Below are positions 27,894 to 40,270 of a DNA stretch of 64,000 nt, in pieces; the first letter of the stretch is position 1, and each line of letters begins with the position of its first letter. Origin of the DNA: Octopus sinensis. Its lineage: Eukaryota. The stretch lies in the NCBI RefSeq assembly GCF_006345805.1, contig NC_042997.1:181040001-181104000 (forward strand), in the 5' to 3' direction. A model generated the notes under the pieces. It was not told the DNA's origin and made no database searches. It was given only the letters and a program-made list of their open reading frames with translations. The translations under genes were made by a program, and so were the position numbers.

Positions 27894-28092
27894 TAAAACA
27901 GTCTGTGTACCTGATGCCATAATGACTTAGCAAATAGGAGTAGCCGCCGTAAGTAATATTTAAGTAAGTGTTAAAAATTTTAATCTAGTAGAAATATAAC
28001 AATATAATTAACAAAGAAATTAACATACACCTTGGCAAACATCAATAGAAAATTCTGAAACCTTTTGTATTCTAATTGGAGATTTGTATATT

Positions 28093-28640
28093 AGCAGAAT
28101 CGTTAGCACGCCGGGCAAAATGCGTAGCCGTATTTCGTCTGCCGTTACGTTGTGAGTTCAAATTCCGCCGAGGTCGACTTTGCCTTTCATCCTTTCAGGG
28201 TCGATAAATTAAGTACCAGTTACGCACTGGGGTCGATGTAATCGACTTAATCCGTTTGTCTGTCCTTGTTTGTCCCCTCTGTGTTTAGCCCCTTGTGGGT
28301 AATAAAGAAATACGTATTTCGTCTGCCGTTACGTTCTGGGTTTAAATTCCGCCGAGGTCGACACTGCCTTTAATCCCTTCGGGATCGATAAATTAAGTAC
28401 CAGTTACGCACTGTGGTCGATATAATCGACTTAATCCGTTTGTCTGTCCTTGTTTGTCCCCTCTTTGTTTAGCTCCTTGTGGGCAATAAAGAAATAAGTA
28501 TTTCGTCTGCCGCTACGTTCTGAGCTCAAATTCCACCGAGGTCGACTTTGTCTTTCATCGTTTCGGGGTCGATTAAGCAAGTACCAGTTACGGACGGGGG
28601 TCGCGCAAATTTCAGGCCTCGTTCCTACGTTAGAAAGGAT
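28093..28640 (+). mobile_element. Head-to-tail trimer of SINE family A (184-bp period)
   Basis: gtatttcgtctgccg starts at 28130, 28314 and 28498. Confidence 0.92.
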
Positions 28641-29047
28641 ATTTTGTTGTTTTGCGTTAATTTTCCGTAGATAAAACGTAGAAAGACAGATTGTTATTAT
28701 ATCATAATGGTTTCTACTGTCTAAATCACCTTCCTAAATTTCCCAGAATTTTCTTCTATCTTATAAATAACTTCTGAATTACCATAGGGATTATAAACGG
28801 AAGAAGCATTTGAACAAGCATTTCTATATTCTACCCTGTGTAATTTCAATAAACATATCATCTGGTCACGCAACAGTGTCGTTCCATGTAATCCCGATAA
28901 ACATTTGTTTACTCTGTTGTTATCTGTACCCTATGAGCATAGTGTGCCTTAATGCCCATGCTCTGAGATAACACAGGTAACTTATACCGATAGTAAATAC
29001 GGATATTTTATCACTTTGTCGGTTACTAAAACCGCTAACTCTGCTTA

Positions 29048-29133
<86 letters not shown>

Positions 29134-29136
29134 GAC

Positions 29137-29169
<33 letters not shown>

Positions 29170-29975
29170 GAGTGTCATGGGTAAATTATCACTATTTTAT
29201 ATTTCTAATTTCGAAGTGTGATTGAACCAGGAATCATATGGCTGGAGACCAAACTTTTTCACACAGAACCACGTCTGCACCTGTATATATATTTATATGT
29301 ATATTCATACATACGTGCACATAAATGTCTATAGATATGCATGCATGTATGTATACATATATAACGAAATGTTATTATATATATATACGTATGAATATAT
29401 GTGCATATATATATATATATATATATATACGTATACACATACATATACGTACACAGACACACAGACACACATACACACACAGAAACACACAAATATATAC
29501 ATGCTCATACAGGTAGTAGCTTCTCAAGTTTTGTTATAACACCTGATTTTTTTTAGAATTTACATTGCATTGCAAGCATATATTACCAACTATATAAACC
29601 AAAATTACAATGAATAGACCAAAGGAAAACATATAAACAGCGAAGGAATGAAATAGGAGCTACACAATACATATGTAATAAGTCATATACAATCAAGAGA
29701 CTTTTCCTTTTCCTGTTGGCAGAAGATTGCTTCTTTAGTTTTATATTTTACCTCCTTTGATTTATTGAAACCAAATATTTCTAGTGCACAACTGAATATT
29801 AAAAACATAAGGAACGCATAAATTGCATGTAATTTGTTGATAAAGGAAGGATTGTACTATAATTAACGATAAACACAAACAAGATAATGTTTTATTATGC
29901 GTAACGACATCATTCGTAAAAGATTCTTTGTGCTTTTCCCCTTAATATGTTTACATGTGAGTGTGCGTATGTGTA

Positions 29976-30022
<47 letters not shown>

Positions 30023-30316
30023 AAGAGAGACAAACAGAGTGAATGTGTATGTGTGAGTAGGTGACTGTGTGAGTGCGTGCGTGAGTGTATGCAGGCGTGC
30101 ATGCACACAAAGACACGCACACAATCACTTATACACACGCACACACAAACACACCTATATGCATATGTGTATGTATATATGCATGTGTGCAACTTCCCTC
30201 GACTTATTCTCATGCATATATGTGCGTGTATGCATACAGACATTCATGCATACATCCATACATATACATAGACACATATATACATAGTATATATAGATAT
30301 CTATGTATATATATAT

Positions 30317-30347
<31 letters not shown>

Positions 30348-30404
30348 GCGCGTGTGTTTATATATATATATATGTATAGGTATGTATATACATGAGGCGG
30401 TAGG

Positions 30405-30713
30405 GGCGACCCGTTCCAGTCATGAATGACCATGGTACTGTACATAGAATGTTGACCCCAAGGTTATTTATGGAAGGCCAGCAGTCACCCATGCATACCA
30501 TCCTCTCCTCTCCACGCCAACAGTGTTATCCAAGGGAAAGGCAAAGGCCGACACAGCTTGGCACCAGTGATGTTGCAATTCATTTCTAAATCTGAGTTAA
30601 CTGAAGCAACATGAATATAAAGTGTCTTGTCAAGAACACAACACGCAGCCCGGTCCGAGAATCGAACTCAAAACCTCACAATCGTAAGCTCGAAGCTCTA
30701 ACCACTGAGCCAT
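30405..30713 (-). mobile_element. tRNA-derived CORE-like SINE family C
   Basis: Reverse complement of 48572-48905; head catggctcagtggttagagc...gagttcgattc. Confidence 0.85.
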
Positions 30714-31083
30714 GAATACATACATACATACATACATGCATACATACATACATACATACATACATACATACATACATACATACATACATACATACATACA
30801 TACATACATAAGCACAGGGAGGAGTCACAAATTAATTTATGATCTGCAAAATTCAGGAAAAGTGATAAATAACGATAACTCTGCTGAATTTCTAGGACAA
30901 CATAGGCAAACAAATAAAATTTTATTAGAAACATCAGACTATTTCCAGATGGCTTCCATTATTTGTGCGAAACGCATCTAGTCGATTTCAACTTTAATAG
31001 ATATGATAAACAGTAGAAGTTATAAAGATAATTCATGAACATCCTGTATGTATGCATGTATGCATGTATGTATGTATGTATGT

Positions 31084-31170
<87 letters not shown>

Positions 31171-31274
31171 TTCTATTAGAGGTTCTCTTAACCTCAAGAA
31201 GGGATGGTTTCACCCAAGGAAATATTGGTTCAATACCAAGTATTTTGGGGCAATTAATTTCCTTAACATAATGC

Positions 31275-31683
31275 TCTTTACTCTTTTACTCTTTTACTCT
31301 TTTACTTGTTTCAGTCATTTGACTGCGGCCATGCTGGAGCACCGCCTTTAGTCGAGCAAATCGACCCCGGGACTTATTCTTTGTAAGCCCAGTACTTTTT
31401 CTATCGGTCTCTTTTGCCGAACCGCTAGGTGACGGGGGACGTAAACACACCAGCATCGGTTGTCAAGCAATGCTAGGGGGACAAACACAGACACACATAC
31501 ATATATATATATACATATATACATATATACGACAGGCTTTTTTCAGTTTCTTTCTACCAAATCCACTCACAAGGCATTGGTCGGCCCGGGGCTATAGCAG
31601 AAGACACTTGCCCAAGATGCCACGCAGTGGGACTGAACCCGGAACCATGTGGTTGGTTAGCAAGCTACTTACCACACAGCCAT
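31275..31683 (-). mobile_element. tRNA-derived SINE family D with internal microsatellite and (GAGTAAAA)n tail
   Basis: Reverse complement of 45647-46083. Confidence 0.9.
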
Positions 31684-32863
31684 GGTTTTATATTCATATA
31701 AAAGAAGAAAATTGATAATTATTAACAGCAAATTAGTCATCAGTCCTTACAGCTGTTTCACTTAATACCCAGTAAATATTAAGTAAATATTGAATTTATA
31801 TCACCTGAGCATAATATCTTTAGATGTTTTATATGTGTTTAGGGATCATTATAGCAGCCTGAACTAATCATGTAGAACTGGAACTCAAACTATGAGTATA
31901 TGTTCGTTTTTTATTAATCATCGGTAGAAGTTATTAGCGCAAACTCATGGGTGTCTTCGTTCCTGCGTTTTCGCTTATCAAATTGGTTTCGATGAGCGAA
32001 ACACTCGCATGATACTTTCGGCCCTTGAGTAACGCGGTAACTTCCAACGACTGATTATTATTAAAAAGTGTAGAGTGGGAATATATCTTTTTTTTTCTAA
32101 TCTCTGAAACATTTACAAAAGTGACTTGAGAGCCAATAATTACAAGTATGACATCATTATTGTTAAATGCCATGAACTCACACAGAAACACATACACAGC
32201 AACAACAAAAACGGATGCACGCATATATTTTGTAAACTTGGCACGCTGAAATGTCGTATAAATTGCCATTTCTAAAAGATATTTACTCCAAACGATACAA
32301 TACTGACTTCATAGGAACTTTATAGCATTTTCGAAGAAAAAAGAAACACGATTTCAATGTCGCTTATTAAGTTGTATGATTTTCATTGTTTATACTCGAG
32401 GGCTAACATTTCAGGAAAGACACACGAGATTAAATGTATATATATATATATATATATATTTTTAAAGTGTAAGGACTCTTTTGAATTCTTCTGTATGATA
32501 AAATCTTCAAAAAACGTATTTAGAATGTACAAACGTAGTTTTAGGTTTCATTTAAATGGAATTGTTAAAGAAAATTCTTTTAATGTTTAAATCAAAAATT
32601 GTACTTTGTTCTTGCTATTTGGTTTGCAAGATTCTCGATGTGAATTCGTGTTTTGTCACAAATATTGTATTTATTTAAGGTCATTAATCTAATAAATGTA
32701 AAATAAAACACGCGCTGGTTCAATGTTACTCGTTTGTTTTGTTACTAACCTACTTTACAATTGTTTTGTTGATTGAATAAGCAATTGCTTGCTATTCGTG
32801 TCTTCATGAATGGCATGCCTCAATTGTATGTATGAATCTATGTGTGTATATATCTATCTATCT

Positions 32864-32968
32864 CCGCTCGAAACGTAAACCCTCCTTCTTCCCTTCCTTC
32901 CTGAGCGTCCAATAATACTATATTTGTTCCACGTCCTCGCATTGTTGTGTTTTCATGTCTGGATTAAC
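32864..32968 (+). mobile_element. PLE-terminal-like non-coding repeat fragment (3' half of hammerhead motif)
   Basis: ctccgctcGAAAcgta...gtccaataa...gttccacgtcct...ggattaac matches the reverse complement of 36277-36480. Confidence 0.7.
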
Positions 32969-33141
<173 letters not shown>

Positions 33142-33658
33142 CTAGCAGTATCGCCCGGCGTTGCTCGGGTTTGTAAGGGAAATAACTATATAAGCATTTT
33201 TAGAGAGTTACTTCCTTTATAGATGCCAATTCGGGCTTTCTTAGCCATTTCTGTTTTGGTGTCTTCAAGCCATGAAGTCGTTGTTCTAAAAGAAGGCTGG
33301 TCTCCTTCACAACGCATTACGACGTTGATTTGCTTACACTCCCTTCCCCACAGCTTCACGAGGGAGGGAAGAAGGGGGAGAAGCAAACACAGGTGCAGGT
33401 GTTTGAGCGTGGACGCCAACTCCGCCGCCATCGACACACGAAAAATTATGCATTAAAATGGAATAAAAAATGATGTTAAATTATTTTTAAAATCGTAGAC
33501 TCATCGTAGACGCGCGCTAATAGCCAGACGGGCTCGATATTAATCACGACTATAAGATACCCGAATTTGGTTAAACTGCACCGCAAAATGTGGGAGTAGT
33601 TAGGAATCTAAATCGTAGGAGACAGACACTCACACAACTACAGTTTTATATATATAGA
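33142..33658 (-). mobile_element. Non-autonomous Helitron
   Basis: Minus strand begins A|TCtatatatataaaactg and ends with GC-rich hairpin cccgagcaacgccggg followed by CTAG|T; inserted between A and T. These are canonical Helitron termini. Confidence 0.85.
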
Positions 33659-33693
33659 TATACGTTTATATTTATATTTGTTGTGCAAATAGA

Positions 33694-33739
<46 letters not shown>

Positions 33740-33821
33740 GTTTATATTTATATTTGTTGTGCAAGATTTTTATTGGCTAAACTGGCAAAATGACCATTCC
33801 GAAATATCAACAATATATATA

Positions 33822-33855
<34 letters not shown>

Positions 33856-33884
33856 CAAAAATAAGCAACAAGAATGACTCCGGT

Positions 33885-33975
33885 AATTTGGTACAATTGT
33901 TTCGCACTACAATATTTTATTAAAAGTTGTAAGTATTACAGCAGATTTAAGATGCTGAGTGCTCTTCAGCCAGTT
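33885..33975 (-). ncRNA. Type I hammerhead ribozyme motif with intact catalytic core
   Basis: Minus strand: aactgg CTGAAGA gcact[long loop]agtgc GAAA caattg TA ccaaatt. Stem I tgg/cca, stem II gcact/agtgc, palindromic stem III acaattgt, GUA cleavage triplet. Confidence 0.78.
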
Positions 33976-34276
33976 ATATAGGTTTTCCAATAATATAAAA
34001 GCTTTCAAATCAAGTAGTAACATTTTAGAGAAGGTAGATATACAGATAAAAGATGTAGATTTAACTTTTAAGAACATAAGAGGTTGTGAAGTTCAGTCGC
34101 TAACTGACCAAACTATGGTTGTATCTGGTCAGTTAGCGACTTGCTGCTTATTTTTGATGATAATCACGACGCAAATTTTTATGGATAACACCATACAAAA
34201 TTCTGGAGCATCTAAATTAAGTACCATATTCATTTGAATCTAAATTGTTGCTATATATATATATATATATATATAT

Positions 34277-34391
34277 ATGGCCTGCTCGCTTAGCCAGCGG
34301 GGTGGCGTCATTCGAAGGCTAAAACAATGCAAACGCATTGTGACCAGCGATGTGTAACAACATCTGATGGTCTGGTCGGTCACGTGATCAG
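34277..34391. repeat. Short GC-richer interspersed repeat between (TA)n tracts
   Basis: Compositionally distinct 115-bp block bounded by TA runs. Single copy in the window; family not determined. Confidence 0.4.
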
Positions 34392-34394
34392 GTG

Positions 34395-34439
<45 letters not shown>

Positions 34440-34497
34440 GTATGTATGTATGTATGTACAGCGACAGATACTTAGATAGATGGATAGATAGATAGAT

Positions 34498-34530
<33 letters not shown>

Positions 34531-34991
34531 TAGATAGATGCTTGGATGCATGTATATAATAGTAGCGAACAAATAGTAGGACTGTACTGGTTATCAGTTC
34601 CACAGTACAAAACTGCATACAACTGAGGAGTGCTTGTTTGACTAGCATTGATTTTACTCGATTTCTACTCGAGTTAGTATATGATTAGTTTTATTGCATT
34701 TAAGTTTGTTTTCCCCACGAACATTAACAGAATTATTCATAATTTGACATTATGCTGCATTTGCATAAGAAATATCTAACTGACTTCTTTATTTGTTAGT
34801 CATAAAACTAGCTGTGGATGGATATGAGAAAAAGTGATGTAAATCGTTTATCTTTGCTGAGCAAAAGGTCTTGTAAAACATGGAGCCATTTTCGCTGAGT
34901 TTCTCTTTTTGTTTTGTTTTTTTTTTTTTTAGAACATTACATATTCAGAATTTTATAAGACTTGCATTTAGTCACATCAAGTTTAAATACA

Positions 34992-35275
34992 TATTTCTTA
35001 ACTACCCACAAGAGGCTGAGAGAACAAACAAGAACAGACAAACGGATTAAGTCGATTATATCGACCCCAGTGCGTAACTGGTACTTATTTAATCGACCCC
35101 GAAAGGATGAAAGGCAAAGGTATCGACCCCAGTGCGCAACTGGTACTTATTTAATCGACCCCGAACGGATGAAAGGCAAAGTCGACCTCGGCGGAATTTG
35201 AACTCAGAACGTAGCGGCAGACGAAATACCGCTAAGCATTTCGCCCAGCGTGCTAACAACTCTGCCAGCTCGCCT
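34992..35275 (-). mobile_element. SINE family A copy with internal ~62-bp tandem duplication and 16-bp TSD
   Basis: atcgaccccagtgcg.aactggtacttatttaatcgaccccgaa.ggatgaaaggcaaag occurs twice. TSD atcaagtttaaataca (34976-34991) / atcaagttgaaataca (35278-35293). Confidence 0.9.
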
Positions 35276-36242
35276 GTATCAAGTTGAAATACAATATTGG
35301 AAGTGTACCACTGATTTATACAGTCAGAAACAATATTATAACTATATTAAATCGCTCGGCGAGATGTAAACAGTAGCAATACGGAATCGTAACATATGAT
35401 TGCCAACCAAGTGTGACGTCCTATACGGGACAGTGCTGGAAGAGATGTCTTCCTGAGGCTATAAACGTCAGTAGCTCTGTTTCATATACGACGCCACACT
35501 TGGTTGGTAATTGCATGTTACGAATATTATAACTGTCTGTATTTTAACTGAGCCTTACTGAGAGATAACATGGTGCTGGTCATAATTTGCTCTTTTGTAA
35601 TACGTGGATTCATCTGTTTTTGCAGGAATGTGTACTGCCATTTGTGTATTATTCTTACGGTAATGAATAAAACTGCAACTCCTAAACTTCCTATATGTTC
35701 AACAAACGCTATCAATGTTCGCATAATTCTTCTGTTGTAAAATATATCGCTGGATAAGGGCCTTTCCTCTCTATTTTCATTCTGCTCGTATATGCAACCA
35801 TTAGCAATATTTCGGCCACTTTATAACAATTACATAAATCCTTATTGTGGACCTTGCAAGGAAAATGCACTTACAGTTTCAATTCCTTTTAGAACTGCAG
35901 GTAATGAAATTCTGTTTACCTTTATAAATATTGTCTTTACTCTGGTTTAGGTTCCTCGCCAGAGTTGTTGAAACTGTGACCAGCCATGTTGTTTGTATTG
36001 ATTCTGTACAACATGAATTCAACATTGAGACAAATATTACTACGGCTTCATATACAACATTTTGCTAATGATTGTGATTAGAAGAAAACGCAGCCATTGA
36101 ACAAGACTGAATAGCAGTAGCATTATATTTATTGTAAATCAACTGAATAGACCTTCATGCTAACCATACCTCCATATGCGCTGCAACACGTTATATGTAT
36201 TATCTATCGATCCAACTAGGTATTTAACTATATATGTGTGTG

Positions 36243-36276
<34 letters not shown>

Positions 36277-36280
<4 letters not shown>

Positions 36281-36480
36281 ATCCAAACATGAAAACACAA
36301 AGAGAAAACACAAAAACGGGAGGACGTGGAACAACTATAGTGTTATTGGACACTCAGGAAAGGAAAGAAAGAAGGAGGATTTAACGTTTCACGCGGAGCT
36401 CTTCATCAGAAACACAGAAAAAGGAAAGAGCCAAGGAAGGGAAGACGGAGAAAGAAAATCGCCAACGATACACACGCGGT
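36277..36480 (-). mobile_element. PLE-terminal-like non-coding repeat with hammerhead core
   Basis: Minus strand gttt CTGATGA agagctccgcgt GAAA cg TT aaat at ~36380-36413; homologous to 32864-32968. Confidence 0.7.
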
Positions 36481-36485
36481 TACGT

Positions 36486-36631
<146 letters not shown>

Positions 36632-38651
36632 TGTGTGTGTATGTAAGAATGTCACTGCACATGTCCGTGCGCGCAAATGTATTTATATATTTACATGTTC
36701 AGGTATATAGTTGTAGTGGCAGAGACAGATCTATATGATAATTGCAAAGTGCAGAACACTGAATACTAATATGATAAATTGACTACAGATTTCAAAGTAA
36801 ACGCGCCGGTTTTTCATTTGGGGAATATTAATCCCGATAGGAAACAGTATTAAAATGCGCAGATTGAAATCTGAATCAAGAAATAGAGCCAGTTCTTTTG
36901 TGACTGATGTGGCTGATATTAAACTTCAACAACTGGAGATCGATGAGCGAAGAACAAATTTGTATGAGGTTGGAATGCCTAGCTCAGAGGAGAGCATATG
37001 CAACTAGGTATATCAGGGGATCAGAAGATGCTGGAATATATGAGTATGTTTGAGTCATTATCATGAGTGAATTATTATTAATGAATTGTATAACCTTCCT
37101 CTGATTTATAGGATATTTGAAGGAGAAATAAGAAGAATATTCCCTGCATTTTGTCATATGCTATTCAGTGGTGGCGAAGTAGCTCCGACAACTTTAACTG
37201 TTGGACTTTCTAGTTGGAGGGAATTGAAAGAGAAAACCTTACTTGTTAGTAGTTGTTGTAGGATGCAGAGCATCATGATGTTGAGTGTCCTCGGACATGA
37301 GAGATATTATTTCAAACAAATGTCATAAAATAAATTCCACTAAATGCCAGATTGCGCAGCGGGAACGAGACCACAGAGACAGAGACAGAGAGGGTGCAAA
37401 GGAAATGAACTGCGAAAATAGTGATTCGAAGTGGGTGAGTGGACAGTGTGGTGTCTATTAGAAACAGCTCGGAGAACGACATTTAAAAATGATAAATAGG
37501 AGTGCAGCATGTAAAAGAGCCTTTGCAGTGGAGAAAGGAGAGAAACGGCATTGAATAATTGTTTGACAACGAAAGAATGAATCGAAGATGAGAAATAGAG
37601 AAGTGGGGTAGGAAATAGAAAAGAGCCTATTGTCTGAAGTGGAGCGGCAACAGTTAGAGTAAAATTAATAACCGCATTCCTCGCGCTCGCTTGAGAAGAA
37701 TGAACATTATAGTGTTTGCTGTGGATACATATTCTTGTACATATATATATGCACGCTCACATAAATACTCGCATCTCTACACGCATTCCTTGGCATCACG
37801 TTTGAATAATTTGTTCCATATTCAAATATACCTGATTATGTCTTTATAGTTATTGTATTAGTTAGTAAATATACATAGCCTGGCACTTCTGTATTAAACA
37901 GATAATGTGTTCACTTCTGAACTAGCAAGTTGCATAAAACTTCCAATTTCGACCACATGAAACATTCTTACCGTTTTCTCCACAGCTGAGTTTATCGCAC
38001 CATCCATTCCTGTTCAACTTTGTTTTCCCTTCAGAAATCACATTTCATTTGTTCAAACTGAATATCCACATTAGCTATCTCAACACTCTTCAAGTTTCTA
38101 CGAAGCAATTATTTAATGATTTGTTTTTCTGCTTTAAGGCTTATCCTCTTTGCGTATGTGTCGCTGTTTTTGTAGATACGAATTAATGGTCGTTACACTC
38201 TCTGTAATAACAGTATATTAGCGCAAGCTAAATCATACATATATCCTGCTTTCTAGCTAACCTTCACAACAGGACACAATAAGCTGAAACTTATACTTGA
38301 AGGCAGTTCATTTGATGTTCACACAATTCAACCAGTTCGGCGCCCTACTTGATTTATAGTTAGTCCTGCAAAGAAAACTGAATTGCATATATGGCCTCCG
38401 CAAGATGTGATCACACAGCACAGAAAACTGGAATACAGAACGCAAGGCATTCTTCCCATGTTCAAACTCGCCTGAAAATTCGCTGCGCTCTCTTTCAGCT
38501 AATAATAAACAGATAATAGGCACTAAGAAATAAATGTGTACAGGAATAGCAGAACAAAATCTCACACAGAAACACCATATTTGTATTCTACAAATACTTA
38601 CTTAGAAGCACAACCCACACAGCCATATATGTATGTATGATTGTACGAATG

Positions 38652-38685
<34 letters not shown>

Positions 38686-38974
38686 TGTATGTATGTATGT
38701 ATGTATGTATGTATGTATGTATGTATGTATGTATTATGCATGTGTATATGTATATATATACACATACATGTGTATATAGCTCGCTAGCCACTACACATTC
38801 TTTATTTTCTCTCTTTATTTTCTCTCTTTGTTTCTTTCTGTGTTCCTTTCTGTGGAAGAACGTAGGCTCGAAACGTTTTCACTTCCCGAGCATTATACTA
38901 ATACATCTGTCTGTTGTCTACACTACCAGTCTTCGTCTTTTGTTGTTTTTTTGTGTGATATATATATATATAGT

Positions 38975-40270
38975 TGAAATTTACAGAAAAACAGATGAAA
39001 ACAGGTGTATAAACAATAAGCAGGTTATTAGTTTTATGCTCGGCAAGGTGAGAAAGACTTTCACGTTTCGAGCCTAGGCCACTCTTTAAAGGAAAGGACC
39101 ACGAGTAAATAAACAGAGAGAGGATAAAAAAAAATTGGGAGTTAGTAGTCAATCATGGTGACTGGCTGGACAAAGGTAGACAGAAGAGCTAGGAAAAAAG
39201 GGAGACAATAAAGTATAGGTGATCCCGAAATGAAGGTGTACGTGCGTGTGTATGTGAGAGGGTGTAAGTGGATAGGAGTGTGTGCGTGTGGATAGGGGTT
39301 GTGACTTTGACGTGCGAATGTGTGCGTGTGTATGTGTGTGCGTCTGTAATGTGTGAGTTTGTGGATGATGGGAGGTGGTCAGAGCTAGTGTGCGCGGGGT
39401 GGTGTGATGTGAGAGCTAGTGAGAGCGGAGTTGTGTATGTTGTCCGAAATGTTGAGAAAGGCGGCGGAAGTGATGGAAATGGTGCAGGAGAATTCGAGGG
39501 CAGGATTGAAGGATTGAACAAATGAGAGGAAGAAGTCTAGTTGTTCGCGGGAGAGCGAGGTCACACGGATACAGTCATCTATATAACTAACGTATATTTC
39601 GGGGGTGGGACCAGTGAATCTTGAAAATATTTGAGCCTCATCGTAGCCAACGAACAGGTTCGCATGGTTCAGGCCCATTGTCGTTCCCATGGCCACTCCC
39701 GAGAAATGTTAGTAAAACTCCCCCGCGAACGAGAAGTTGAGAGAGGGAACATGTTCAGCCACAGGAAAAAGTGTGGTCGTGTCAGGTTCGGGGCTGGGTC
39801 GACGGTCTAGGAAGTGTTTCATGGCAATAACTCCTTCGTGGTGTGGGTCCACCGTATATAAACTCTTGATATCAAGAGTGAAGAGAAGTTTATAGGGGCC
39901 AGGAGGGAAGGAGAAACAGTTGAAAAGACGGAGAACATGGTTAATGTGAGAAATAGTGCGAGCGAGAAATTAAAGGAAGGAGGGATTTAAATGGTGTATG
40001 TAGCGCAGAGTCGAGTGTGCATAGGAAGGTGAAAGAGAGGAGAAAAAATGGAATAAGCGAGAGGGAGAAGGCGGTCGATGGTGTGTATTTTGGAGAGATT
40101 GGAACGAATAGTGGCACACATAAGGTGGTAGGAAGTAGTATGTGCTATGGGTAGGATTACTGAAGCAGAGTGGAAAGTGGGGTGGAAATGGGGGTGAAAA
40201 CCTTTGGGGATGAGGCGGTGGTGAAATGAAACGTGGCTAAGGAAACGCGTTTTTTTAAATTAGCAGAGAA
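38975..40270 (-). mobile_element. Penelope-like element fragment (RT relic plus 3' terminal repeat)
   Basis: Minus strand: LLFTLDIKSLYT (~39890-39855), GVAMGTTMGLNHANLFVG...YIDDCI (ORF 39385-39696). Same family as 23690-24165. The terminal module with ggctcgaaacg is at ~39060-39080. Confidence 0.88.
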
